Shown one piece after another: positions 17,081-24,933 of a stretch of 32,000 nucleotides of DNA; the stretch's first letter is position 1, and each line of letters begins with the position of its first letter. A model generated the notes under the pieces. The model was given only the letters and a program-made list of their open reading frames with translations, did not search any database and had not been told where the DNA came from. Source of the DNA: Candidatus Saccharimonadota bacterium (GTDB lineage Bacteria > Patescibacteriota > Saccharimonadia > Saccharimonadales > Saccharimonadaceae); contig JBAQRV010000001.1 of NCBI GenBank assembly GCA_049296095.1, positions 300,001-332,000 on the forward strand. Reading direction: 5' to 3'. The position numbers and the translations under genes were made by a program.

Positions 17081-17089
17081 TTATCCACA
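17081..17089 (+). promoter_or_regulatory. perfect DnaA-box 9-mer TTATCCACA
   Basis: TACTTATCCACA at 17078-17089, intergenic, about 37 bp beyond the -35 of the mraZ promoter. Confidence 0.5.
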
Positions 17090-17125
17090 GAACTGTTGAA
17101 AACTCCTCATGCTTTACAGAGGTAA

Positions 17126-17165
17126 AGAAAAACCACGATCCCGCACTGGAACCGTGGTATTTTTT
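17126..17165 (-). terminator. putative bidirectional intrinsic terminator
   Basis: Stem ACCACG (17132-17137) / CGTGGT (17153-17158) with a 15-nt loop. It is flanked by an A-run on one side and a T-run on the other. On the - strand the hairpin is followed by TTTTTCTTTAC, directly downstream of the 63-aa gene. Confidence 0.5.
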
Positions 17166-17181
17166 GCTATTATCCTAGCGA

Positions 17182-17373
17182 CTATCGACTGAATAATAGA
17201 GTCACGACCTGATCATCATACTCGGTTGTCAATTTGATAGCCAGCCAGCCGACAAACACTGCCACATTAATCATCAATGACACTAATAACGCCGCTGATT
17301 TAAAATCATCGAATGTTGTCGAAACGCGTCCTGAAAGTCGAGATGTCCGTTTTTGTGTCTTTTTCTTTACCAT
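17182..17373 (-). CDS. small membrane protein (63 aa), unknown function
   Basis: Basic N-terminus (MVKKKTQKRTSR) plus one TM (AALLVSLMINVAVFVGWLAI). It is followed by a terminator. Confidence 0.45.
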   Translation of the reverse strand: MVKKKTQKRTSRLSGRVSTTFDDFKSAALLVSLMINVAVFVGWLAIKLTTEYDDQVVTLLFSR

Positions 17374-17414
17374 AGTTCAACTCTACCTTCCCTGCTTATG
17401 CTTTGTCAAATACA

Positions 17415-18437
17415 CTACTCACGGTCTCTTTGATAGATGGCGAGAATCTCTTTGATGACCGCGTCAGCATCATGACGGATCAAGGACCGCTTTACAGAAA
17501 AATGACTATTCGACGGCTTATGGTCGGCGATCGCTCCGAGAAATGCGCCTCCAACTGCTTTGTAGCCAACAGCGCGCGCCTGCTTAGCATCGTACCTTGT
17601 CAGAGAGTCGCCCTCTGCCCTATACTTCGAGGCTACGGCCCGTTCCGGCTTGGCGCTGTTATAGAGTACGTAGTCCAAGAAAGCTCCTCCCGCAAACCGT
17701 TCAATTTCAGCGGCATGATCATGAACCGTAAAGCCATCGGTCTGGCCTTGCTTACTAACAAGATTTGAGACATAGAATTTTAGGGCGTGAGATCGTCGAA
17801 GAGCCTCTCCTATACCATCGATTACTAGTAGTGGCCCTAGGGAGGTATATAAGTCTCCAGGAGCAACAATAATGATATCGGCTTGTTCGATTGCCGTAAT
17901 AGCCGTTTGGTTTACGTGTGCGGTCGGTACCAGAGATATTTCGGCACGACGCGGGTCACTTTTGAAATACTCCGCATCAATCACCCGCTCACCATGCAAC
18001 ACAACACTCTTGTGAGGCCACTCCATCTTGAGACGAACGTTATCAAGCGTGGCAGGGATCACAACCCCATTCACCCGCAGAATCTCTGATGCGGTATCAA
18101 CCGCCGCGTTAAAATCACCCTCGATTTTTTCTAGCGTCGTAAGAAGTAAGTTACCAAATGAATGGCCGTGAAATGTCCCCTCCTCAAAACGATAACTAAA
18201 CAAATCACGGACTTTTGGAGAGTCACTGAGAGCTACGAGACACTGCCTTACATCACCTGACGGTAGCGTCCCAAATTCATCACGGAGCACACCAGTACTT
18301 CCTCCGTCATCAGCCATACTGACAATAGCAGCAATTTGATTGGTATAATGCTTTAACCTCGAGAGTATAGTAAAGCTTCCGGTGCCCCCGCCTATGACTG
18401 CGACTCGTAGTGACTGCTTGGCAAACGGATCTTTCAC
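17415..18437 (-). CDS. yvcK: YvcK/CofD-family protein (gluconeogenesis factor-like, UPF0052)
   Basis: VAVIGGGTGSFTILSRLK ... MADDGGSTGVLRDEFGTLPSGDVRQCLVALS is the characteristic family signature. Confidence 0.85.
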   Translation of the reverse strand: MKDPFAKQSLRVAVIGGGTGSFTILSRLKHYTNQIAAIVSMADDGGSTGVLRDEFGTLPSGDVRQCLVALSDSPKVRDLFSYRFEEGTFHGHSFGNLLLTTLEKIEGDFNAAVDTASEILRVNGVVIPATLDNVRLKMEWPHKSVVLHGERVIDAEYFKSDPRRAEISLVPTAHVNQTAITAIEQADIIIVAPGDLYTSLGPLLVIDGIGEALRRSHALKFYVSNLVSKQGQTDGFTVHDHAAEIERFAGGAFLDYVLYNSAKPERAVASKYRAEGDSLTRYDAKQARAVGYKAVGGAFLGAIADHKPSNSHFSVKRSLIRHDADAVIKEILAIYQRDRE

Positions 18438-19699
18438 GATCTGCCTCTCAGCCTTTTAATCACCTTCCCAAATGCTATCGCACTCGGACGAAGTGTCCTC
18501 TTGCCTGTTTTGTAATCAACAGCAATCAACCCAAATCGTGGCCACTTGCCGTAGGCCCACTCAAAATTGTCCATCAAACTCCAGTGCATATAGCCAATCA
18601 ACTTTACTCCCCTGTTGAGTGCACTTTGCATTGCAACAATCGTTTCCTTCAACCACCATTGACGATACGCATCCTGGTCATCAGCCAGACCGTTCTCGGT
18701 GATCATAATTGGTAACTTATACTTCGCCCACCATCGTTCGAGCACAAACTCAATGTCGGCCGGTGTCATCGTCCAGTTTAGATCGCTATGGGGTTGATTC
18801 TCTGGGTTATGCATGCGATACCCAAACACTCGCTCTGACTGATAGTAGTTCAGGCCCATGAAATCAGAGTGTTTCACAAATTTCTTGAGGACATAGTCAT
18901 CCTGGAAGTACTGCAAAATTCGTGCACTGATATTACTCAGGTGCGCGGTATCTCCAGGATAAAAGAATACTGAGTTCTTACTGATCCCCACCCTCGCGCG
19001 ACGATTGAGTGTATGGATGATCTTACTCGCTCGGCGAAATGCCAAGGCCTGATTGTTAATCACCCGCCATAGTTTAAAGTTTGACGACTCTGCCGGCGGC
19101 CATTCTTGTACCTTATAGCCCTCGTGTGCATAAATTTCTGGTTCGTTCATAACAATCACGAAACGAATCTGACTGCCGAGCTCGCTCATAATCTTTTCAG
19201 CATATCTGACAAAGTATTTCACATTGCCTCGATGGACAAACCCACCCTTATCAGTAAACCAGGTCGGCAGACTAAAATGCAGCAACGTCACGACTGGCTC
19301 AATATCACGACGACGTAACTCGGCAACATATTCCTTGTAATGGCTAATAGCCTCGCTGTTCCACGAGCCTTCTTTTGGTTCAATACGCGACCACTCAATA
19401 CTAAACCGATAAGCATTCATGTTCATCTTTTGGAGAAGATCGAAATCCTCTTTATAACGGTGGTAGTGATCGGCCAGTGTATCAGAGACGTAGTTCGAGG
19501 GACTCCTGGCTTCATCTTTAACGCGTTCCCAGCTAGGATAGTCGTGGTAATGATACTCAGCCTGGGCAGCCTTTGCCTTGGCATTCTCGAGTTCCCACAC
19601 CGTCCATTGGTTGTGGTTACCGCCCTCAACTTGATGAGCAGCCGTCGCGGCACCCCACAGGAAATGTTTAGAAAAACCACTCTTTTTACTATCTGTCAT
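18434..19699 (-). CDS. glycoside hydrolase family 1 beta-glucosidase
   Basis: FLWGAATAAHQVEGG N-terminal signature, acid/base NEP (VMNEPEIY) and nucleophile ITENG. A 4-nt overlap with the downstream yvcK start. Confidence 0.9.
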   Translation of the reverse strand: MTDSKKSGFSKHFLWGAATAAHQVEGGNHNQWTVWELENAKAKAAQAEYHYHDYPSWERVKDEARSPSNYVSDTLADHYHRYKEDFDLLQKMNMNAYRFSIEWSRIEPKEGSWNSEAISHYKEYVAELRRRDIEPVVTLLHFSLPTWFTDKGGFVHRGNVKYFVRYAEKIMSELGSQIRFVIVMNEPEIYAHEGYKVQEWPPAESSNFKLWRVINNQALAFRRASKIIHTLNRRARVGISKNSVFFYPGDTAHLSNISARILQYFQDDYVLKKFVKHSDFMGLNYYQSERVFGYRMHNPENQPHSDLNWTMTPADIEFVLERWWAKYKLPIMITENGLADDQDAYRQWWLKETIVAMQSALNRGVKLIGYMHWSLMDNFEWAYGKWPRFGLIAVDYKTGKRTLRPSAIAFGKVIKRLRGRS

Positions 19700-19703
19700 A
19701 TAC

Positions 19704-21221
19704 CTATTCTACTACGTCCTCGCCAAAGTGTTTTTGGAGACGCATCCGTATCGAGCCTTCGTGACGACCCAACAACTTGCTCAAACTTTTAATCGAACTG
19801 CCGTTTAGGAATTTCTCTTTCAGCTGAGCGTCCTGAGCAGCTTCCCAGGGACGATAGGCATTTGGATATTCCTCACGCATCTTGGCGATCTTGTCGGACC
19901 AGCCGCTGGCTTTCGGCGCGTCCTTGACTGGCTCGCTTGCTCTCTTGGCTGCCTTTTTTTCTAACGCGGCAAAGCGCTGAGCATCGCGAGCAGCTCGACT
20001 CCGCAAAATCTCATCAATCGTTTGCGCATCTTCACTCACTTTCAAAGCCATCTGATTTATCCCCGTTAAATACAGGTTGTTCAAATTTTTTACTCGGCTG
20101 AGCGCCACATAACCCATCCCCTCAACAAAGGCTTTTCGCAGGTCAATACGAGCCGCATCAAGCGTCATGCCTTGGGACTTGTGAACGGTAATCGCCCAGG
20201 CCAAACGGAGTGGAATCTGGCTAATACTGGCACGTTTTTTGTCGCCATCGCGTAGTTCCCAGGTATCGGGGACCATTGAGACAACCTTGCCATTCTTAAA
20301 CTCAACAATTGGATACTCGGTGTGCGGCTCAAAATCTATCACTGTCCCCAGGCTCCCATTCACATACTTACGTTCGGCGCTATTCTTTACCGACATCACC
20401 AGGGCGCCTTTTTTTAGTTTCAAGGCAGCTGGCGCTAACACCGATCGCTGAAGCGACTCGACGTATCCCTCCGACCCAGTCGTCGTCTGCGAATAGGTAA
20501 TCTCATCCCCCTCGATCTCGGCTAATTTGGCAGCATTCATGCTATCAACATCAACATTCACCGTGTGGAGCTCTGTGAGTATCTCGAACTCATCAGGATA
20601 TACTTCAGAGCGCGTCAGTAAAGTCTCGGCATGATGACGACGCACGTCCCCTGCGCGAATGGCATTGAGTATTTCAAGCAACGTCTCATCGTCCTGGCGG
20701 TGTTGTTCCTGCAAATAGCAGATCACTGGATCGAGTTCCTGCCAGACCCGAGAATTGACAACAAAACCGCCAGCCCGTGAATCACCCCTATTAATAGGTG
20801 GTAGCTGGAAGAAATCACCACTCATAATCAGCTGAATGCCACCAAAAGGCTCGTCGACTTTTCGAACCAGCCGACAGACCTCATCAACCATGTCCAGACG
20901 AAAATCGTGCAACATACTAATCTCATCAATAATCAGGACATCGGTTTTTTCGATAATCTCACGGCGGCCCTTGGCGACATGTTCAGCAAAGCCGTTCGGG
21001 AGCGAATCCTGGACCCCAATCCCCGCCCAACTATGAATCGTCGAACCTCCGAGGTGGGTAGCGGCCAGTCCTGTCGTCGCCGTTACAGAAATGTGCTTGC
21101 CTTCATGTTTGGCAAGCTTAATAAATTGATTCAATACAAAGGTCTTGCCGGCGCCCGCTGGACCGGTCAAAAGCACACTTTCTCCCGAGAGCATTATCTC
21201 GAGTGCTAACCCCTGATTCAT
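19704..21221 (-). CDS. Pif1/RecD-like SF1B DNA helicase with a C-terminal HTH-like extension
   Basis: Motif I LLTGPAGAGKTF, Ia VTATTGLAATHLGGSTIHSWAGIG, II VLIIDEISML, III GGIQLIMSGDFFQLPPI and V ITVHKSQGMTLD. About 100 aa of C-terminal extension. A TATAAT lies 7 nt upstream of the ATG. Confidence 0.85.
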   Translation of the reverse strand: MNQGLALEIMLSGESVLLTGPAGAGKTFVLNQFIKLAKHEGKHISVTATTGLAATHLGGSTIHSWAGIGVQDSLPNGFAEHVAKGRREIIEKTDVLIIDEISMLHDFRLDMVDEVCRLVRKVDEPFGGIQLIMSGDFFQLPPINRGDSRAGGFVVNSRVWQELDPVICYLQEQHRQDDETLLEILNAIRAGDVRRHHAETLLTRSEVYPDEFEILTELHTVNVDVDSMNAAKLAEIEGDEITYSQTTTGSEGYVESLQRSVLAPAALKLKKGALVMSVKNSAERKYVNGSLGTVIDFEPHTEYPIVEFKNGKVVSMVPDTWELRDGDKKRASISQIPLRLAWAITVHKSQGMTLDAARIDLRKAFVEGMGYVALSRVKNLNNLYLTGINQMALKVSEDAQTIDEILRSRAARDAQRFAALEKKAAKRASEPVKDAPKASGWSDKIAKMREEYPNAYRPWEAAQDAQLKEKFLNGSSIKSLSKLLGRHEGSIRMRLQKHFGEDVVE

Positions 21222-21272
21222 TCTATCTATTATAGCGGATGAATCTTAGCTAAATGTTGTGGAATCGAGGTC

Positions 21273-22268
21273 TTATCCCCGCGGCGGCTCGCCCTCAGGA
21301 TCGTCGAGCAACTTCTTCGCCTTTACCTCGTACCGCTTCCCTGTAATCTGGCTGGTAATGTAATCTTCATTTATTAAGTTCACGAACATATCGAGGTCAT
21401 TGCCATCGATAATAATGATCGAGCCGTCGTCATCGCTCATCAGTTCGAGTTCCATATCATCGGCATATTCCAGCGCCTGGGTTTGAGAAACGGCTCCAAC
21501 TTCCAGTTTCTGCAATTTATTGACGATTTTCTTGCGTTCTCGAACGAGTGATTGCAAGTCTAAACCATCAGGGAAACTCAACTTATAATGCTTTTCAATC
21601 TCAGAGACCTTCTGATCAGCCAGTAATTGCTTTTTATATTCAAAGTTAAACAAGCGTTCGAACTTACTTTGATTAAAGATAAAAATATCGTCATCAGCAA
21701 TCAACACTTGATTATCAATCGGCACTTTCCAGCCAAAGTCAGACTTAAAGGCTTCGAACTTGCCACTCTTAAACTCCCAGGCGGTCGCACCAGCCAGCAC
21801 CCCGCCTTGATTCACCTGCTTGACAACGTAGAACGGCTTTGAACCATCCTTGCGACTAAATCGGGCAATGATGCCCTTAATGCGCTTAAAGTCGTGCTCC
21901 TCATGCGCGAACTCGACGATATCAGCCCGCTCATGTTCAATCAGATTTATGAGTGTCTGGGCATGATTCACTTTCTCTAGCTCAATCCGTAGCAGAACGT
22001 TCTCTTCCTTCTCGCTCATCTCGTATTCGCGAACCGTCAACCCAGTTCCCGCACCAAGTGTGACGGTATTCATGAGGTCATAAAGGAAAATCGGCTTCAA
22101 TTGAGCATCAAGCTCATTACCAACAGTGGTCGTATAGGGGGTATAGTTTCGATTAAATAAGAAAAACTCAATGTTGAGTTCGCCTTTGACCGCATCGGTA
22201 CTATTGGCCCATTGAAAAATATCAGTTCGCTCGCGAGTCTCTTCAGTCTTTGGTGTTTGATCGTCCAT
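21273..22268 (-). CDS. DUF4868-like protein (KwaB family of the Kiwa anti-phage system), orphan
   Basis: Size and segment pattern match my recollection of KwaB/DUF4868: a central IKGII...FYVVKQV block, ...VLIADDDIFIFNQSKFERLFNFEYK, and a C-terminal LINEDYITSQITGKRYEV. This comes from memory of the family, not from a search. ATG 22268 is preferred, and the listed TTG 22289 is the alternative. Confidence 0.55.
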   Translation of the reverse strand: MDDQTPKTEETRERTDIFQWANSTDAVKGELNIEFFLFNRNYTPYTTTVGNELDAQLKPIFLYDLMNTVTLGAGTGLTVREYEMSEKEENVLLRIELEKVNHAQTLINLIEHERADIVEFAHEEHDFKRIKGIIARFSRKDGSKPFYVVKQVNQGGVLAGATAWEFKSGKFEAFKSDFGWKVPIDNQVLIADDDIFIFNQSKFERLFNFEYKKQLLADQKVSEIEKHYKLSFPDGLDLQSLVRERKKIVNKLQKLEVGAVSQTQALEYADDMELELMSDDDGSIIIIDGNDLDMFVNLINEDYITSQITGKRYEVKAKKLLDDPEGEPPRG

Positions 22269-22297
22269 GTCTGTCTTTCGTTTAAGCAACAGAGCCT

Positions 22298-22326
22298 ATT
22301 GTATGACCCTGTCCAGACTATGGCAA
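22298..22326 (-). promoter_or_regulatory. sigma-70-type promoter TTGCCA-17 nt-TACAAT for the DUF4868-like gene
   Basis: On the - strand, TTGCCA (22321-22326), 17-nt spacer, TACAAT (22298-22303). It sits in the 52-bp gap after the rnhA stop. Confidence 0.55.
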
Positions 22327-22341
22327 TGATAAAAAATACAA

Positions 22342-22782
22342 CTATACTGCGTCAGGATCAACCCGACCATCGAGCCGCTTGGTGCGCGCAAAATTTGCCC
22401 ATTCATCCGCCATCTCATTCCCAGCGTCGCCTTCGTGGCCACGGACCCAGTTCAAGATCGCATTTGAATTTTGATACAACTCATAAACTTCTTGGACAAT
22501 GTCGAGGTTTTTGATCTCGCCACCCTTTTTGCGCCATCCCTTAGCCGCCCAGCCTGGTGCCCATTTGGTAATGACGTTGATCCAAAACTCACTGTCCGTA
22601 TAAATTTCACACTCTTCATCGCCCGCGTCTTTCATTGCAGCAATCAAAGCCATTCCTTCCATACGAATATTGGTTGAGCTCAGTTCGTGCCCAGCGATCC
22701 ATGGCTGCATGTCACGAATCACCACAAAACCGCCAGGACCAGGATTGGGGCTACAGCTCCCATCGGTGTAATAAATAATCAT
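22342..22782 (-). CDS. rnhA: ribonuclease HI
   Basis: DEDD catalytic pattern: IYYTDGSC, NIRMEGMALI, EIYTDSEF, GNEMADEWA. Typical length of about 146 aa. Confidence 0.9.
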   Translation of the reverse strand: MIIYYTDGSCSPNPGPGGFVVIRDMQPWIAGHELSSTNIRMEGMALIAAMKDAGDEECEIYTDSEFWINVITKWAPGWAAKGWRKKGGEIKNLDIVQEVYELYQNSNAILNWVRGHEGDAGNEMADEWANFARTKRLDGRVDPDAV

Positions 22783-22787
22783 TCCTA

Positions 22788-23090
22788 CTATTCTACTACT
22801 TCAATGCCGTTCCAAAAAGCGACATAGTTCGAGAAATCTTGTTTCACTCTTTCAATTGAGCCATCTTTCGGTTCGGGATAGTACCAAGCACCAAAAAGAT
22901 TGCGGTGGCCATCGACAACAACGTCGTAGTAGTTCGCCACACCTCTCCATGGACAGGTCGTCTCATGATCACTATCTTCAAAAAACTGCCAATTCAGTCT
23001 CTTTGGTGGAAAATACCAGTTACCTTCGATACGAATTAACTCCGAAACGGGCGCTTCCGCAATCGTCTCGCCTTGCCAGACCGCTCTCAT
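22788..23090 (-). CDS. DUF427 domain protein
   Basis: AVWQGETIAE...IEGNWYFP...TTCPWRGVANYYDV...AWYYPEP...VAFW matches the DUF427 signature. Confidence 0.75.
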   Translation of the reverse strand: MRAVWQGETIAEAPVSELIRIEGNWYFPPKRLNWQFFEDSDHETTCPWRGVANYYDVVVDGHRNLFGAWYYPEPKDGSIERVKQDFSNYVAFWNGIEVVE

Positions 23091-23512
23091 TACGCTGGCA
23101 TCACTCCGATAATCAGCGCCATGATTTCAATCGTCACCAACTCGTGCGTCACATTGAGTAGCGTCAATTTTTTACGTCGGCCTTCAAATGAGTCGTGCAT
23201 GTGAATACGAGCGGCCGTGAACCCAGCCCACAGAATCAACCCGACCCAGAGTGAGCTTTGCAAGAACGTACCACCAAAATAATCAGCAATAATAAAGGTA
23301 AAGATAGCAATGACGGTGGCGGTCAATGCCGAGGAGAGGAATGCACCTCCGTAAAGAAGTGCTGCTTTTTTTGGCCCAAAGTTTGGGTCGGTTTTCACCT
23401 TCGCAAGTTTGATCCAGACTTTACCGAACAGCGGCCCATACCACAGTGAACCAACAACCATTGTTGAAATTGCTGCTAGTAAAATTGCAATCCAGTTAAG
23501 TTCGACACTCAT
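23090..23512 (-). CDS. DUF1761-like integral membrane protein (4 TM)
   Basis: NWIAILLAAISTMVVGSLWYGPLFGKVW N-terminal signature, with four hydrophobic segments. A 1-nt overlap with the DUF427 start. Confidence 0.65.
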   Translation of the reverse strand: MSVELNWIAILLAAISTMVVGSLWYGPLFGKVWIKLAKVKTDPNFGPKKAALLYGGAFLSSALTATVIAIFTFIIADYFGGTFLQSSLWVGLILWAGFTAARIHMHDSFEGRRKKLTLLNVTHELVTIEIMALIIGVMPA

Positions 23513-23570
23513 ATGAATCTCCTGATTATGCGACTAGTATGCACTCTCATGAGGTAATTGTCTAGTGGTG

Positions 23571-24896
23571 CTATTTAGCGACTCGAAACCCGACGGTGGA
23601 GTACGCACTACTTGGCGTATCACTCAAAACAAGCGTCAATACACCTGTGTAGTTTGCATTACCCCAATCGCCGCCACGAAGGTAGGTACGCGTGTTCGTG
23701 TTACTGTAGTTACTATAAAGCTGACCTATACCCTGCGTGGACGAATAGCTAGCAACCGTTCCAGATATAGCACTCGGTCGGCTGTTCACAGGGAGACCAT
23801 TCATAAGTAGCGATCCGTTATTCCACTCTTTCCAAGCAAATGCCGACTCACCAGAAAGCCCTGGTTGCTGACCACTAGCAATGGTGGCATTTGTCCATTC
23901 ATATACATTACCAGCTAGGTCCCAAATCACCTCCCCATTCGTGAGTGTTAGTGTGCGGCGCTGATTACTGCCAGTCGTTTGACCAGTACCGCTATAGCCA
24001 TCGTTATCGTCAGTTGAAGCGGCTAACGAGTTGGCCGGAACGTTGTCATTGTGTCCTGAGTAGATATAGCCGCTCCCCACACTGCCCCCAGACCAGTTAG
24101 ACGCGACCGACAACACATTGGCGGCAATCGTCATCCACTCCGCCTCAGTGATAAGGTGACAGCCCGAACAGGCTCCGGTCGCCGTCGCAATCGCACTCGT
24201 CTGCGAGATGCTCACCCACGGCGCCCCTGCCGCCTCACTAACGGTGAAGCCGCTTGAATTCTTGGCCTCGTATTTCATCACACAAAAGTCGTCCGTTCCA
24301 AAGGTCGTGTTACCAGGCACGACAATATAGCCAGTCGGACACGACACGGCCGCAATCGCTCCGTCGGCACCCGTCCAGCTCAACCATTGACCATCCACCA
24401 TTCCAGCAATATCACCGAACGATTGGTAGGTCGGGTCAATGCTCGCACAGGTTTCATCCCAGTTTGCGGCAACGTCCGTCCACTCGACAGTACCCGTGTA
24501 TTCGCTAATGCCCGATTCACCCTTGGCGACAAATCGCTTGAGAGAGCGCGACATCGCGATAATTGCATACTCGGTCGCGCTAGGGTTCAAACATATGTAC
24601 ATATTTGCCATCGTGTTGACATCATACGATCCACCAGTAACTTTTACATCGAGATTGCCGAGTTCGAGGTACGAGTCAGGGTAAGTTCCGCCCGAATCCA
24701 ACGCAAACTGCTTGAAGGCATCGTCTATCTTTTGAAGATCGCTTTTTACCGCACTGTCATGGGCATTATTAACCACCGCACCGTAGCCCACGGCGACGAC
24801 CGCTGCAAGAATAGCGATAATAACAATAACGACAATCAACTCGACAATCGAAAAGCCCTGATGTGAGCGAGGTCGTTGTTGTATCCACCCTGTCAT
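23571..24896 (-). CDS. type IV pilin-like protein fused to an FGE-sulfatase / C-type-lectin-fold domain
   Basis: Class III signal: MTGWIQQRPRSHQG|FSIVELIVVIVIIAILAA with Glu at +5. The C-terminal half has FGE-sulfatase family motifs (LITEAEWMTIA, GNVYEWT, RGGDW, GFRVAK). I chose the start at ATG 24896 because the longer ORF to 24983 would overlap the glyQS 3' end. Confidence 0.8.
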   Translation of the reverse strand: MTGWIQQRPRSHQGFSIVELIVVIVIIAILAAVVAVGYGAVVNNAHDSAVKSDLQKIDDAFKQFALDSGGTYPDSYLELGNLDVKVTGGSYDVNTMANMYICLNPSATEYAIIAMSRSLKRFVAKGESGISEYTGTVEWTDVAANWDETCASIDPTYQSFGDIAGMVDGQWLSWTGADGAIAAVSCPTGYIVVPGNTTFGTDDFCVMKYEAKNSSGFTVSEAAGAPWVSISQTSAIATATGACSGCHLITEAEWMTIAANVLSVASNWSGGSVGSGYIYSGHNDNVPANSLAASTDDNDGYSGTGQTTGSNQRRTLTLTNGEVIWDLAGNVYEWTNATIASGQQPGLSGESAFAWKEWNNGSLLMNGLPVNSRPSAISGTVASYSSTQGIGQLYSNYSNTNTRTYLRGGDWGNANYTGVLTLVLSDTPSSAYSTVGFRVAK

Positions 24897-24933
24897 AGTG
24901 CCTTCATTATACCGCAAGCGGAATAAAAATGTA

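Noticed and set aside
22269-22289. TTG at 22289 as the start of the DUF4868-like gene (it would sit 8 nt after the TACAAT -10, i.e. leaderless)
   Set aside because: Leaderless initiation generally requires AUG. The in-frame ATG at 22268 is more plausible, and the alternative is noted in the feature.
23571-23720. Calling a complete diversity-generating retroelement
   Set aside because: No reverse transcriptase ORF, template repeat or IMH-like GC-rich element with a hairpin is visible in this window. Only the target-protein architecture is suggestive, so it is reported as a hypothesis and not as a feature.
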